64,000 bases of DNA from Podarcis filfolensis (taxonomy: Eukaryota). Positions 12,687 to 23,525 of this stretch are shown piece after piece. The stretch's first letter is position 1, and the number at the start of each line of letters is the position of its first letter. The position numbers and the translations under genes are program-made. Location: assembly GCA_964270895.1 (NCBI GenBank), contig OZ185440.1. One strand, given 5' to 3'. The notes beneath the pieces are model-generated. The model worked only from the letters and a program-made list of their open reading frames with translations, ran no database searches and had not been told where the DNA came from.

Positions 12687-14634
12687 CTGAGCAGTCATTT
12701 AACAAAATAAATTAAAACCACAAATAGGAAACAAAAATCATTATTAAACTTCTAGTTTTGATTATCAAGGCTATACAAAACAGAAAACACAGAGACAGTG
12801 AATTTAGGCATTTGAGACAATGTTAACATAAAACTGTGCCTTTGAAATGCTAAAGCCTATGTCATTTACAACATGGTGAATGCAGAATAAAATCCATTGG
12901 TGACTGAATGTAATTTCTTTCCCACTTGCCTAGAACTGTATAATGCAATAATACTTGGACTGAAATTACACCTTGATGTTCAGACTGCTAAACATCACTT
13001 TAATGGCTCAGGTAGAATCTAGAACTTCACTTGCATATGGGAAGTCATTCTGGATTTATAAAACAACACTGTGATAGCTTATTTGAAAAGACTGTGAGCA
13101 ATCCAAAAAAGATTAGATGTTCCTAAATCCTTCTGAAATCAATAGGACTTGAGTACGCTTCAATTTTAACGGATTGCATTCAATAAAAATTGAGGGCCCC
13201 CCACCTCATTTAATGGATGTGTAGTTGTACAAAAGTGTGATATAATTTTTACTACAAAGGAAAAAATTGCATGTAAAGCCAAGGTTCAAATGCAGACACA
13301 AGTTAATAGGCAACCATTCAAAAAGCTTGACTGATGTGAAGAGAACAAACTATGGTAGCAACTTGCACTGAGCGTTGAAATATAATAAAGTATGCATTAC
13401 AGACAAGCACATCCAAACATGGATCTCAATAGCAAATGTGAAATATTATGTTACAAGGAAATGTACAGCTCCAGTAAGAAAACTAACTAAGTGATGTGTG
13501 GAATAAAGTACTGCTATTGTTCTAATTGCCTTACAGTTGAAAGAATGTAATTGCTGCTGGTCTAACTTAATCACTTGCTTTTCTACATGACCTGGGCCAT
13601 GGTATACGTAAGATTTACACATAACCTTAACAATAACTGGGATGTAAATCAAATACTACATGCACTGCAAAGGTTGCTAAGAATACAGTGTAACTAATTA
13701 ACTATGTAAGGAAATTTGAGTAAAGTTAATTTATCTTAGGTAAATATTAAATTTCACTATTAAACATACTCGCAGATGTGCTAGATAGAATTAGGGTGAA
13801 GAAAATCCCATAGTTGATATTAAAAATGATAATTACCAATGAAGTCTAGACTCCCTTTCTATTCATGGTCTTTTATGTTTCACATTTAAAGTTACCTCAG
13901 AAGTAGCATGCCGCTGGGGATAAAAACCTTCCAAAGTGCAATATTCCTGGATAGAAGAATTTCTTTTTTAATTTCTACTGTCAAATTCATTTCAGCAAAC
14001 AATGATACACTTGACCAAAATCAAATTTCACAAGACTCATCAGAATAAAGTTATTATGAATATTAAGAACTATTACCAAATGTATAATTTTAAATAACAT
14101 AAAATTACAAACCAAATCCTATGAAACATAGATGAATATGCAACCAACCAATCACAGGGCACACATTTCATTGAGAACGGTGCCCTTAATATTAAGGATT
14201 ATTTCACCACTCTGGAAATGTCTTCATATCAGCCAAACAGACAGGTGCCTGCAGTTGATATTGCAATGCACAGATAGCCATGATGTCAAAGAAATTTTGT
14301 ATGCGCTTTAAACACTGTGAGTCCCAATATTACTTGCATGTTTACTGGATAAACATATGAGAATCATCTCCAAACACCCAGGTATTGAACTGATCTGTAA
14401 CCATTTGATTATGTTTTAAGATAGAATAAATATAATTAATAAAGCAGAATAATGTAACAGAAACATTTAACATGATTTCTTTTTAATATGTTTAGTACTG
14501 TAAAGGTCTAGCACCAGTGTGACTTTTTAAAATCTATTTAATACATTAAAATTGGCTTTACACGAATATTACTGACAGCACTCCTGTGGATTTTCATCTT
14601 TATTTTGAGGGGAAAGTGGGTATTGTATATGCAC

Positions 14635-14779
14635 NNNNNNNNNNNNNNNNNNNNNNNNNNNNNNNNNNNNNNNNNNNNNNNNNNNNNNNNNNNNNNNNNN
14701 NNNNNNNNNNNNNNNNNNNNNNNNNNNNNNNNNNNNNNNNNNNNNNNNNNNNNNNNNNNNNNNNNNNNNNNNNNNNNNN
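14635..14779. other. Assembly gap (145 N)
   Basis: Run of N directly visible. Confidence 1.
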
Positions 14780-17689
14780 ACAGCTACCACTTTCAGGCCC
14801 ACTTATTACTGCTACGCATCCCCTGACCACTGCCACATGCAACTCTTGAGTGCAAAATATTATCTACCCCTGAAGCAGGCAAATAGATCACTTTTCTAGT
14901 TTGTGAATTAACAAAAAATGATAAAATTAATTTTTTTACCACCATTCAGAAACACGGTTATCTTTATCCTATGAATCAAAAAACTGTGATGAGCTGAACA
15001 TAAGTTCACCTGTCTAGCATGACATCAAAAGTTTTGAAACCCTGTTTATCTTATTTTTAAGCAAAAGGATACCTGGCGAAATTGGCCACTGCAGCTACCT
15101 GGACCCTTGACACAAAAGCCCTTGAAAAGGTCAAGAGCCCTCCTGCACTGTGTGTTGCAAGAGAGTACAGTAGAAGCAGGAAAACATGCCAAATCAGGCA
15201 GAGGAATCTTGCATGCTGTTGGTACAAGATTCTTCTTCCTGGTTTTGTGTGATTTCCCCCTACTACTATAGCCCCACATGATACAGACCACACCGCTCAG
15301 GACCTACTAGCGAAACATTGTGAAGGAGTACAGGGCTGCAGGAAAGAGCCATTGTATGAGCTGTTTTCTGCTCACTCAGCATTAGACAGAACCATATTTT
15401 TATATACAGGTTTCTTTTTTTAATTGTTTACTAAAATGAAAACGGAAGCTGAAATGAACAAAGCCATTAAAAAGCATTATTTACTGACATTTATACAGAT
15501 GTCATTTAATTGTACAGTCTCATTGATTAGTTCAAACCTTTCAGGCATAAAGGCAATGTTACTGGAAGTGACTGTGTTTTGATTTTCAATTAAATAACAT
15601 TAGAAGTATAAGAAATGTTGATTGTCATGTGACGATATATGGGAAATGAAATAACACAGGCTATGGCTTAGCATGGAACTACTTAGCCTCTTCGCTGCTT
15701 TAAAACATCTTTTGCCATTCTCCTGTACAAAAACGTACTCTTTGTACCCTCATAAGTGTGTGTGTCCCAGAGAGCTACCAATACAGTTTTCGTGTTGCTT
15801 TCTATTTGCTAATTTTTTAAAATATATTTTACTTGTTAAAGGGATATCCACAAAAAGTCAGATACAATGGATTAATATCCCACTGCGTCCATACATACAT
15901 TGCTCATTTTTGCGACAGTATGCTTTTTGATCCAGCAGAAGCTCATGTTAGTGGAAAGTGGCAAAGGCGATTTTAGCTCGTTCCCTTCTCTATGCAGCTC
16001 CCCCAAATTTGTTCAACAGGAAATCCTTTGGAACAGTTATGTAAGTAGTTAAGGGGACTGCAGAAGAAAGGGGGAGTCTATGGAAAACACTACCTTCCCT
16101 TTGGCACACAGAAACCTCCACTGGATCAAAGAACCTTCTTTCAGCAGAGGGACGCCGCTGGATACAACCCAATCTTACTTTTCATTTTAATAAAGTACTA
16201 TTTTTGTTTGAGGATTATATGAAGAGTAAGGCAATTTCCCCCCCTCTCAGATATCTGTAGGATAAAAGAGGGAAATAGAGTAAGAGCTCAAGAAAGAAAG
16301 GTCTCATTTTTCTTTATTCCTGCAACTAATGTCAATTTCAAGTCTTGTTCCAAAAACAAATGATTTGACTGATAGATGTGACTCTTGACCTCGGTCAATC
16401 TCATTTTAAAGTAAAACATATTTGCCCCAAAACAGCAAGGCAATGCTTTTACAAAACACCTGCTGGAAGTACTTGGTTTTGACACACATCAGGGGCACTT
16501 GCTTCCTAGAATATAATCATCATGTCAAGGCCACCCCCGATTCTGAATGCAGAGCAGATTGGGCATATTTTTAATATAAAGATCAGAAAATAATTTCTGT
16601 ATTATAGAATATTGTGTAAAATGCATGCTATATGGGCTGTCTTTGTAGGCTGGAAACCTAAGTAAGACTTCTAGTGAACACTGAAGATACTATTGAAAAG
16701 ATAGAGCTGAATGCCCACTAAGCGGTCTTCATGTTTGTTATATTATGGGCTTATGAATCCTTTCATTGGTTTTGAAAGAACAAATGCATATGAACACTGA
16801 GACTGCGAAGTTTTTTTGTGCAGGAGACAGAAATTCAAGAAAAAACATCTCTTGTACTAAGGTGACAATTTCAGCTGTCACTGAAATGTAATATTCAAGG
16901 TGTTGAAATTTTGGTGGCTGTGGAATGATTACTTGGGACTAAATATAGCAATCTGGTGAGCAACAGATCAGCCATTTTTGTGTCTTATAAAGTCTTTTGT
17001 GCCTTGTTTAAACTTCTGAAAGAAGATATTTACGTCAGGACTTGTTAATTAACTTGACTCCTACAATATTTCCCCCCTGTGCAACTGCCATTTCACATTA
17101 CACTTGGCTTTTATAAAGGAATCTAACCTATTTCCCTCCCTCAATTTTATACAGAACAGAAATATCTGCTTAAAAGGCTGTTTTTTCATCTGATGTGACA
17201 GTTCTGAGTTAGCGAATTAGAAATGGTCTTTGTGAGCCTAAGCCATCAGTTTCTATTGATCACACATTGTTATCCTTCTGGTAATTGTGTCTCATAAACA
17301 GCACAGCAAGATTCACTTCTATCAGTTTCATTTCTGTTCTGCAAAACAAGATTTGCAGTGAGGCAATATCTAATTCTTAGTCTCTCTATATATTTGTAAA
17401 AGTGCCAATCCCTTTAGTTCTAAATGTCACATGCTTTAAGGGGACATTATGGCAAATATCAAGAGAAGGACATCAAGAAAATATGCGTATCAGCAGGTTG
17501 ACTTTTAAAGGCAAGAGCAAACTTTTGGACTGCACTTAAATGAGGCAGCCCATCAAGGAGGACTTTCTAATTGACAACTGTGGAATATGAGATTTTAACA
17601 GTGCATCTGGAAATTTCATGTACCCTAGCCAGCAATTGCAGGTCCAATCATGGTAGTAGGAAACACAGTCAAATTCTTAAAGAGATTTG

Positions 17690-17773
17690 CAGTGCAATCC
17701 ATTGCATGTCGAAGTAAGCACCACTGAGTTCAATGGGACTTATTTTCAGATAGGTGAGTATAGGACTGCAGCC
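17690..17773. repeat. Short imperfect-palindromic interspersed repeat (MITE-like, common squamate type)
   Basis: Inverted ends GCAATCC...GGACTGC and inner inverted AAGTAAGCACCACTGAGTTCAATGGGACTTATTT. Confidence 0.55.
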
Positions 17774-17862
17774 TTACTCATGTCTAGATTGGTTAAACAC
17801 ACACTTAACAACCACCTACTTATTTACTACAAAAAAAAACCAAGGATGGTAATCCTAGTTAC

Positions 17863-17987
17863 CTTAACTTTTCCTGCATTTTCCTCCTCTTCTTTTTTTT
17901 CTTCGAATTCAAAGGCAACAGTCATACGTTGCTGTCTTTGCTCCTCCCATAGAGTAGGATTAAAACTATCGCTGTCAGACTGGAAAT
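17863..17987 (-). CDS. LRRC7: LRRC7 exon (window exon 10): (D)[41 protein letters not shown]
   Basis: 125 nt; acceptor ctctaattag, donor AAG|GTAACT. Confidence 0.95.
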
Positions 17988-18864
17988 CTAATTAGAGTAG
18001 AAATTAACATCATAATCAAAATATACCTAGTAATAAAACTTTACGCACAATATCAACTTAAACAACCAAATAACATCTGTGGGTGCAGATAGTCAAAAGC
18101 ATGTAGGCCTCAAGTTAACCCAGTATGAGCATGCTTGGGGCTGCGAGCTAAGGTCACTCTTGATTTTTGTCCATGCAAACATACATCCTTTCCCAGCTAC
18201 CAACTTGCCTAAAGTTCAGCAAATTCATTTGATATGATGTTCCGGCAATCCAGAGCCAGTTTCTAACTTCTAACCACAATGGTTTACAGCAGAAATGAAA
18301 CTTTGATTGATTACCAAGAATTATTGGCCTTTTCTTTACCATTTTTTTTAAAGCTAGCCCACCAGAAGACCACCACCCATTTTCTGTCACAGGCTCGTTG
18401 TATGGCATGGGGTATATTACTCTGGTACACTTTCAAACAAAGGGCGAGCAGAAACAAAACAACAGTCCAGTAGTACTTTAAAGGCTAGCAAATGTATTAT
18501 TACTTTCATGGATTACCAATAATGATGAAACTGACATGAAAACTTGTGCCATAATAAATGTGTTAGTCTTCAAGAGGCTAGTACTGTTCTTTTTGTTGAA
18601 CTATGATCAAAGCAACCATGTCGTTGTGAGGATAAAAAGACTGTAAAACAAATTTAAAATGCTATTTAAAAAGTAGGACGCTGCTGATGAGAACTCAGTG
18701 TGCAGAGTCTATATGTAGTACAGGAGCACAGTTCCAACAGACAGTTGTCACATATTGGATTTGTTGAGGACCTACAAGTCAAATGTTTGTAGCCCTAAAT
18801 TGTGTCCATTATTCAAAGCCTATCCCCCAAATTCAAAATCAGGGATAGGCAGGCAGGAAGGAGC

Positions 18865-19030
18865 ATTTTATTTGAAGCTCAAGGTGATATTCATGGGTCT
18901 TCTTTTCCCCATGTTACCCTCACTACAACCCTGTGAGGTGGGTTTGGCTGAGATACAGTGGCTGGCCCAAGGTCACACAGTGAGTTTTGTGGCTGAGTTT
19001 AACCCTGGTCTCCCAGGTCCTAGTCTACTT
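18865..19030 (-). mobile_element. CORE/MIR-like SINE (Squam3-like), degenerate
   Basis: CCTCACTACAACCCTGTGAGG...GGCCCAAGGTCACACAGTGAG...CCCTGGTCTCCCAGG is the reverse complement of the CORE-SINE body also seen at 53250. Confidence 0.7.
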
Positions 19031-19559
19031 AATATCCCTTTACCTTATTTCACATTCTGGCGGGAAAAGATGTAGAACTTAATAAACTGGGGAAGGGGAA
19101 CAATCTTTCCCCACAGTCTGTAAATATATTGTTAACAGTCCTTTTTCACAGGAGGATAGGGAGACAACCAGAACAAGTGGGGACCACACAACCTATCTTT
19201 AAGAAGAAAGCAACTGTGACAGCAGGGACGCCTTCTGACGCTTTTCAAATGTATTAGGTGCTGTTTGTAAAACTGCAATGCCTAAGTATCCACAGCAAGG
19301 GAGGAGGTTGGTGAGAAAACCAGAATAACTTGGCCACAGTCCAGTGACCACTCATTGGCCATGCCGCCATGAATTCCTAGCAGCCCTGCCAAATCAGGCA
19401 CTAGCTTTCATTGCTATGGTTTATCAAAAATGAAAGTTAAAAAGTGGGGAAGGGAGTGGTTTGTATTGTAAAACAACAACTATCTATAGAATAATTGTTT
19501 AGAATACTTAAGTCAACATTGATTATTTACTGAATAGCTTTCCTTTTTTTGATAAGTAC

Positions 19560-19659
19560 CTTCATCACCACGAGGTTGCTGAGGAAACATGTAGTTGGTC
19601 AGCACTCTTTGCTTTGTTTCTGGATGTGCCTCAGTTTGAAGAGGGATAAGGGCCTTGGA
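19560..19659 (-). CDS. LRRC7: LRRC7 exon (window exon 9), LAP-specific domain: [33 protein letters not shown](D)
   Basis: 100 nt; acceptor tttgcag, donor G|GTACTT; inside track ORF 19513..19779. Confidence 0.96.
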
Positions 19660-19844
19660 CTGCAAATTCAAAGCAAACAACATTACAATAACTCCAAAAT
19701 TATGGCATCTAAAATTATCATGCACACTAACAAATAGTGTCCAATTACAATGAGCATTGTAATTAACATTCTTGATCAAAACAATACTAACTACATAATT
19801 TCTAGGTATTAAATTACATTGTAATGATTAGGAAATAGCAGCTC

Positions 19845-19863
19845 CAACCAACAGATGGCGCTG
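19845..19863 (+). promoter_or_regulatory. Candidate CTCF binding motif
   Basis: CAACCAACAGATGGCGCTG matches CCASYAGRKGGCRS at 13/14 positions; motif match only. Confidence 0.45.
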
Positions 19864-19883
19864 TGTTGTTTTCTTATTACTTA

Positions 19884-20001
19884 AAACAAAAAAATTTTTT
19901 TCCTTCCAGTAGCACCTTAAAGACTTAGTTGGTCTTTAAGGTGCTACTGGAAGGAAAAAAATTTTTTTGTTTTGACTATGGCAGACCAACACGGCTACCT
20001 A
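19884..20001. mobile_element. Penelope-like retroelement terminal fragment with inverted duplication
   Basis: 12-bp TSD TCTTATTACTTA (19872-19883 and 20002-20013); 42-bp perfect inverted repeat; GTAGCCGTGTTGGTCTG...GTAGCACCTTAAAGAC resembles recalled reptile Penelope pLTR ends. Confidence 0.75.
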
Positions 20002-20985
20002 TCTTATTACTTAGATACTGTTCTATATGCTACCACCCTTTTGTCCTAACGAAGAAATTGAAGTATCCTTAAAACTAAGAGTATGATCCAGAAGCCTGTA
20101 TATTGATTATCTGTTTTACATTTACATAAACATTGTCCTTCCTGTAACATCTCTACAATGCCACAGTTCTATCATAGATAGAAGACTCCATCCTCCTTTT
20201 ATATGACAACGATGGAGAACTGGATCCAGCCAGTGGGGTAGAACCTTACTTTCCCCAACCTTCTATGGGCCAAGTCTGACAGGTGGACAGGGCTGCCAAC
20301 CTCTGAAACACCTGGTGTCAGAATGAAATCAAACTCTGCAGGGAAAAGCATAGTACTTTGCAAGCCTTGATACTCTACTGATGTTTGCCGCTTACAACGT
20401 ATAGGGCTTTGTTGGCACTGGTGATCAGCTGAGAGTCACTGCCTGCAAAATCCCTTTCGGCCCAGGCATATCTTTAACAGCCAAATACCCAGGGGGGTAT
20501 GGCTAGACCAAAATTAGGCCTGTGGGTTAGAGGTTCCCCACCACTGACAGATGATTAGACTCAACAGGTCTTGGGCTTAAGCACCCTCCCTTGTGAAACA
20601 CCCATCACATTGTACAGAAGGAAATAAATACATAAAAAGGTTGCTATTTGAACTAGTAAATTCTTCCCTCCCAACATCTCACTGCTTCCCCACGCCACTG
20701 CACTCTGCCTAACAGTAGGGCTAGCCCTGCTTGGTGCTTCAAAATATTTGGGGGTTCGCTGGGAGATCTGCTGATACGGATGAACTTGATTGAAGCAGAA
20801 CTTGAGATGCTATGAACAATTTTGCATTATACTCATAATTTTTATTCCCCCCCCCACCAGAAAGCACCATCTGGTTTAACAGGTTTAAGCACTTTTAAGT
20901 TCACTATACATATTTTACAAATACAAACACAGCTGAGTTTGCTGCCCTGTTATTTAGCTGTTATAATGAGAACAGACACCTGTAC

Positions 20986-21055
20986 CTGGTTGTCTGAAAG
21001 CCACAAAGCTGCAAGTTCTTTAAGTTTTGTAAAAGTGATAGGCAAATTTTTCAAT
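20986..21055 (-). CDS. LRRC7: LRRC7 exon (window exon 8), last LRR / LAPSD start: (R)[23 protein letters not shown]
   Basis: 70 nt; acceptor ttttacag, donor CAG|GTACAG. Confidence 0.96.
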
Positions 21056-21285
21056 CTGTAAAAATAACAAAATTGGGACAACTTGAGTATTTACTTAAAC
21101 ATTGTCAAGATATTTATGCAGCATTTGAACAGTCATATGACAGCAATTTCACCTTTGGTCATCCTCTTGCATTGCTTTTAAAAGGCATATTTATGGAAAT
21201 ACAGTACTTGGTTCTTTTTCAAAGAATATTTTCCCAGTTAAAAATGTATACATAATTTAATTTCCTAAATACTCAGAGAAGATTG

Positions 21286-21290
<5 letters not shown>

Positions 21291-21319
<29 letters not shown>
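21291..21319 (+). repeat. (CA)n microsatellite, about 14 units
   Basis: Directly visible. Confidence 0.98.
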
Positions 21320-21322
<3 letters not shown>

Positions 21323-23126
21323 ACCTAATCTATTGTTATGTGTTAAGTTTTTAGCTAAGGCAGTATTCCAAACCCAAGAACACCACTGCTGCAAGGAAAC
21401 CCTGCAAATGTCTTCCAGCTGCTAAATGTCTCACTTTTGACTGCTACCAGAATAAAATCCTTATGAATCACTTTCACACTAGCATGCATTGACAAAAGAA
21501 TTATAAAGGCTTGTGCTTTTTTAGGAATAGCGTTCATTGTTATGCTGGATATGTGCTCAAACATGAGGGCAAGCTTAGCAGTCTCCTATGAAAGTGTCCT
21601 CTCACCGCAGGGCAAGCATCTTTAAATCTGTGACACTGGGATTAATGCTTTTCCCTTGTGTCCATCATAAATCTCATTCTGACACCCTCCCTAGCCTCTT
21701 CTGTAACAACATGCAGAAATAGGGCAGTTTGGAACCTGCTGTCCTTTATATCTGCTCCACTAGAAACGCTTTATACTTCAGAGCTCTGCTTCCATTTTCT
21801 CCAGTTGTGGTGCACATTGTCCTGACACACCAGCTTCTTGGAAACTGTATTTCTGGCATAACCCTTGGGCTGGGATGTCAGCAGAAACAGGAACCACGAA
21901 ATATTCTTAACTGGGTCCCTCTTTATGTATCTACTTATTCAGTTGCATACCTTCCTGTTAACCATGCACTACAGCAGACTCCAAGGGGACAGAAAGACAG
22001 TTGCTTTATGAAGCGAACAATAAACAGGACTAGTTCTGAGTCCAGCTTACATAGAACTGAACAGGTAGAGAGCTAAAAACACACACAAACATACCATAAA
22101 TCCTACTCACTGAATCACAGGAGGAGCAATGGTTGCAGCCAGTTACCTTTTAACCCTTTACATTCCATGTAACACAGGCCCCATCCAAGTACCAGAATGT
22201 TTGATTTCAAGACCCCGTAACCCTATTAGGGCACTACATTTACAAACATGGTTCATGCTAAATGAAAATTAAATCACAATATCAGCTTGCTGATTCTGTG
22301 AAATTATTCCCACTTTTGTGCTTTAAAGACTGCATGTGGGGGGAAACAAGTGCTATATAGAAAACTCTAATTAGTTCCAACAAGAAGAACAGGGATGTTT
22401 AAATTAGCTGAAGTTGAATTTTTTTTGCTACCCTTTTCAGTTAAATGAATCATAGGATTTCGGCTTTAATTACTGCAGCCTCTGGAAAATGTCAGTTGAT
22501 GACATATTATTCATAAAATGACCTGAAATATTTAAGCAAAAAAAAAGAGACTATCTGCAACATTTATCAAATGTTTGCGTTCTTCTTTATGAATTAAATG
22601 TAATTCTCATTCAGAGGAGAAGGTCATCCTGTTCTGCAAGTTGGACACCAGAGGTTTGTAGAACCTCCACTGGGAGGAACCCAGTTTTAGCTCTGCCTTC
22701 CTCCTTTGATGAAGTAGCCTCTTGTGGCTTTCTAAACCAGAAACGTTTTTGACATTTCTCTTTTCTCTCTACGCTACATGGTTTAGAGCAACTATGTCCT
22801 TGTTCCTTCTCCTTTTTAATTACATCCATCAGTTTGTAAACCTGTGGAAGGTATTGTGCTATTTAATAAACTTTGTGCTGCACCTAAATAACTTTATGCC
22901 AACAATAATGTCACTGCTGCTGTTCAACTAATGAAAAAGAGAAATGCTTCCTTGAGAAAAGCTGTCTGGATCTCATGAAACAAATTAACATATCTGCATA
23001 TACGTTGTTCTGTCAGCTGATAATCTGGCAATGCTTCAAGAGAAAAATGTTAGGATACGTTTTGAACAGTTCTCGGTTCAAAAGAGCACTGATTATGCAA
23101 GAAATCTAAAATAATAAAAACATTAC

Positions 23127-23242
23127 CTGTTGTCACTCAAGTTTAAGACTCTGAGTTTCTGCATTTGTCCAATCTCATCAGGAAGAAATTCCAGTTTGTT
23201 AGAGCGCAGAGACATAACTGTTACATTCTTACAACTTCCAAT
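23127..23242 (-). CDS. LRRC7: LRRC7 exon (window exon 7), LRR: [38 protein letters not shown](R)
   Basis: 116 nt; acceptor cctacag, donor AG|GTAATG. Confidence 0.96.
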
Positions 23243-23477
23243 CTGTAGGCGTCAAAAACAATTGTTAAGGCATGGGCTATGTCACCAGAATTGCCATCTA
23301 TGTAGGTAGCTTAGTTACGTCTTTAAAATAACTTTATTATATATGCTTTTTTACATGTTGTTTGGTGCTGATTTCGATGCTTATCTATAAGGGAAAAGCA
23401 CCAAGCAGTATAAAAATTCCAGAAAATATGAATGCTTTTCTCTTTGTCTGACCTCTAGCCTAATTAAGTCATCCTAA

Positions 23478-23525
23478 ACCTCATCCGCAACTGGACCTAA
23501 CGGTCAGGGGTACCTTTACCTTTTT
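23478..23525 (+). mobile_element. Severely 5'-truncated Sauria SINE 3' end
   Basis: ACTGGACCTAACGGTCAGGGGTACCTTTACCTTT matches the 3' end of the full copy at 60490-60843 (ACTGGACCTAATGGTCAGGGGTCCCTTTACCTTT). Confidence 0.75.

Noticed and set aside
14026-14043. Hammerhead-like core CTGATGA...GAAA on the minus strand
   Set aside because: Stem II cannot form properly and no stems I/III or NUH cleavage site can be drawn. Other CTGANGA hits inspected also failed.
14569-14849. Four ORFs across the N run
   Set aside because: They are artefacts of translating N as X.
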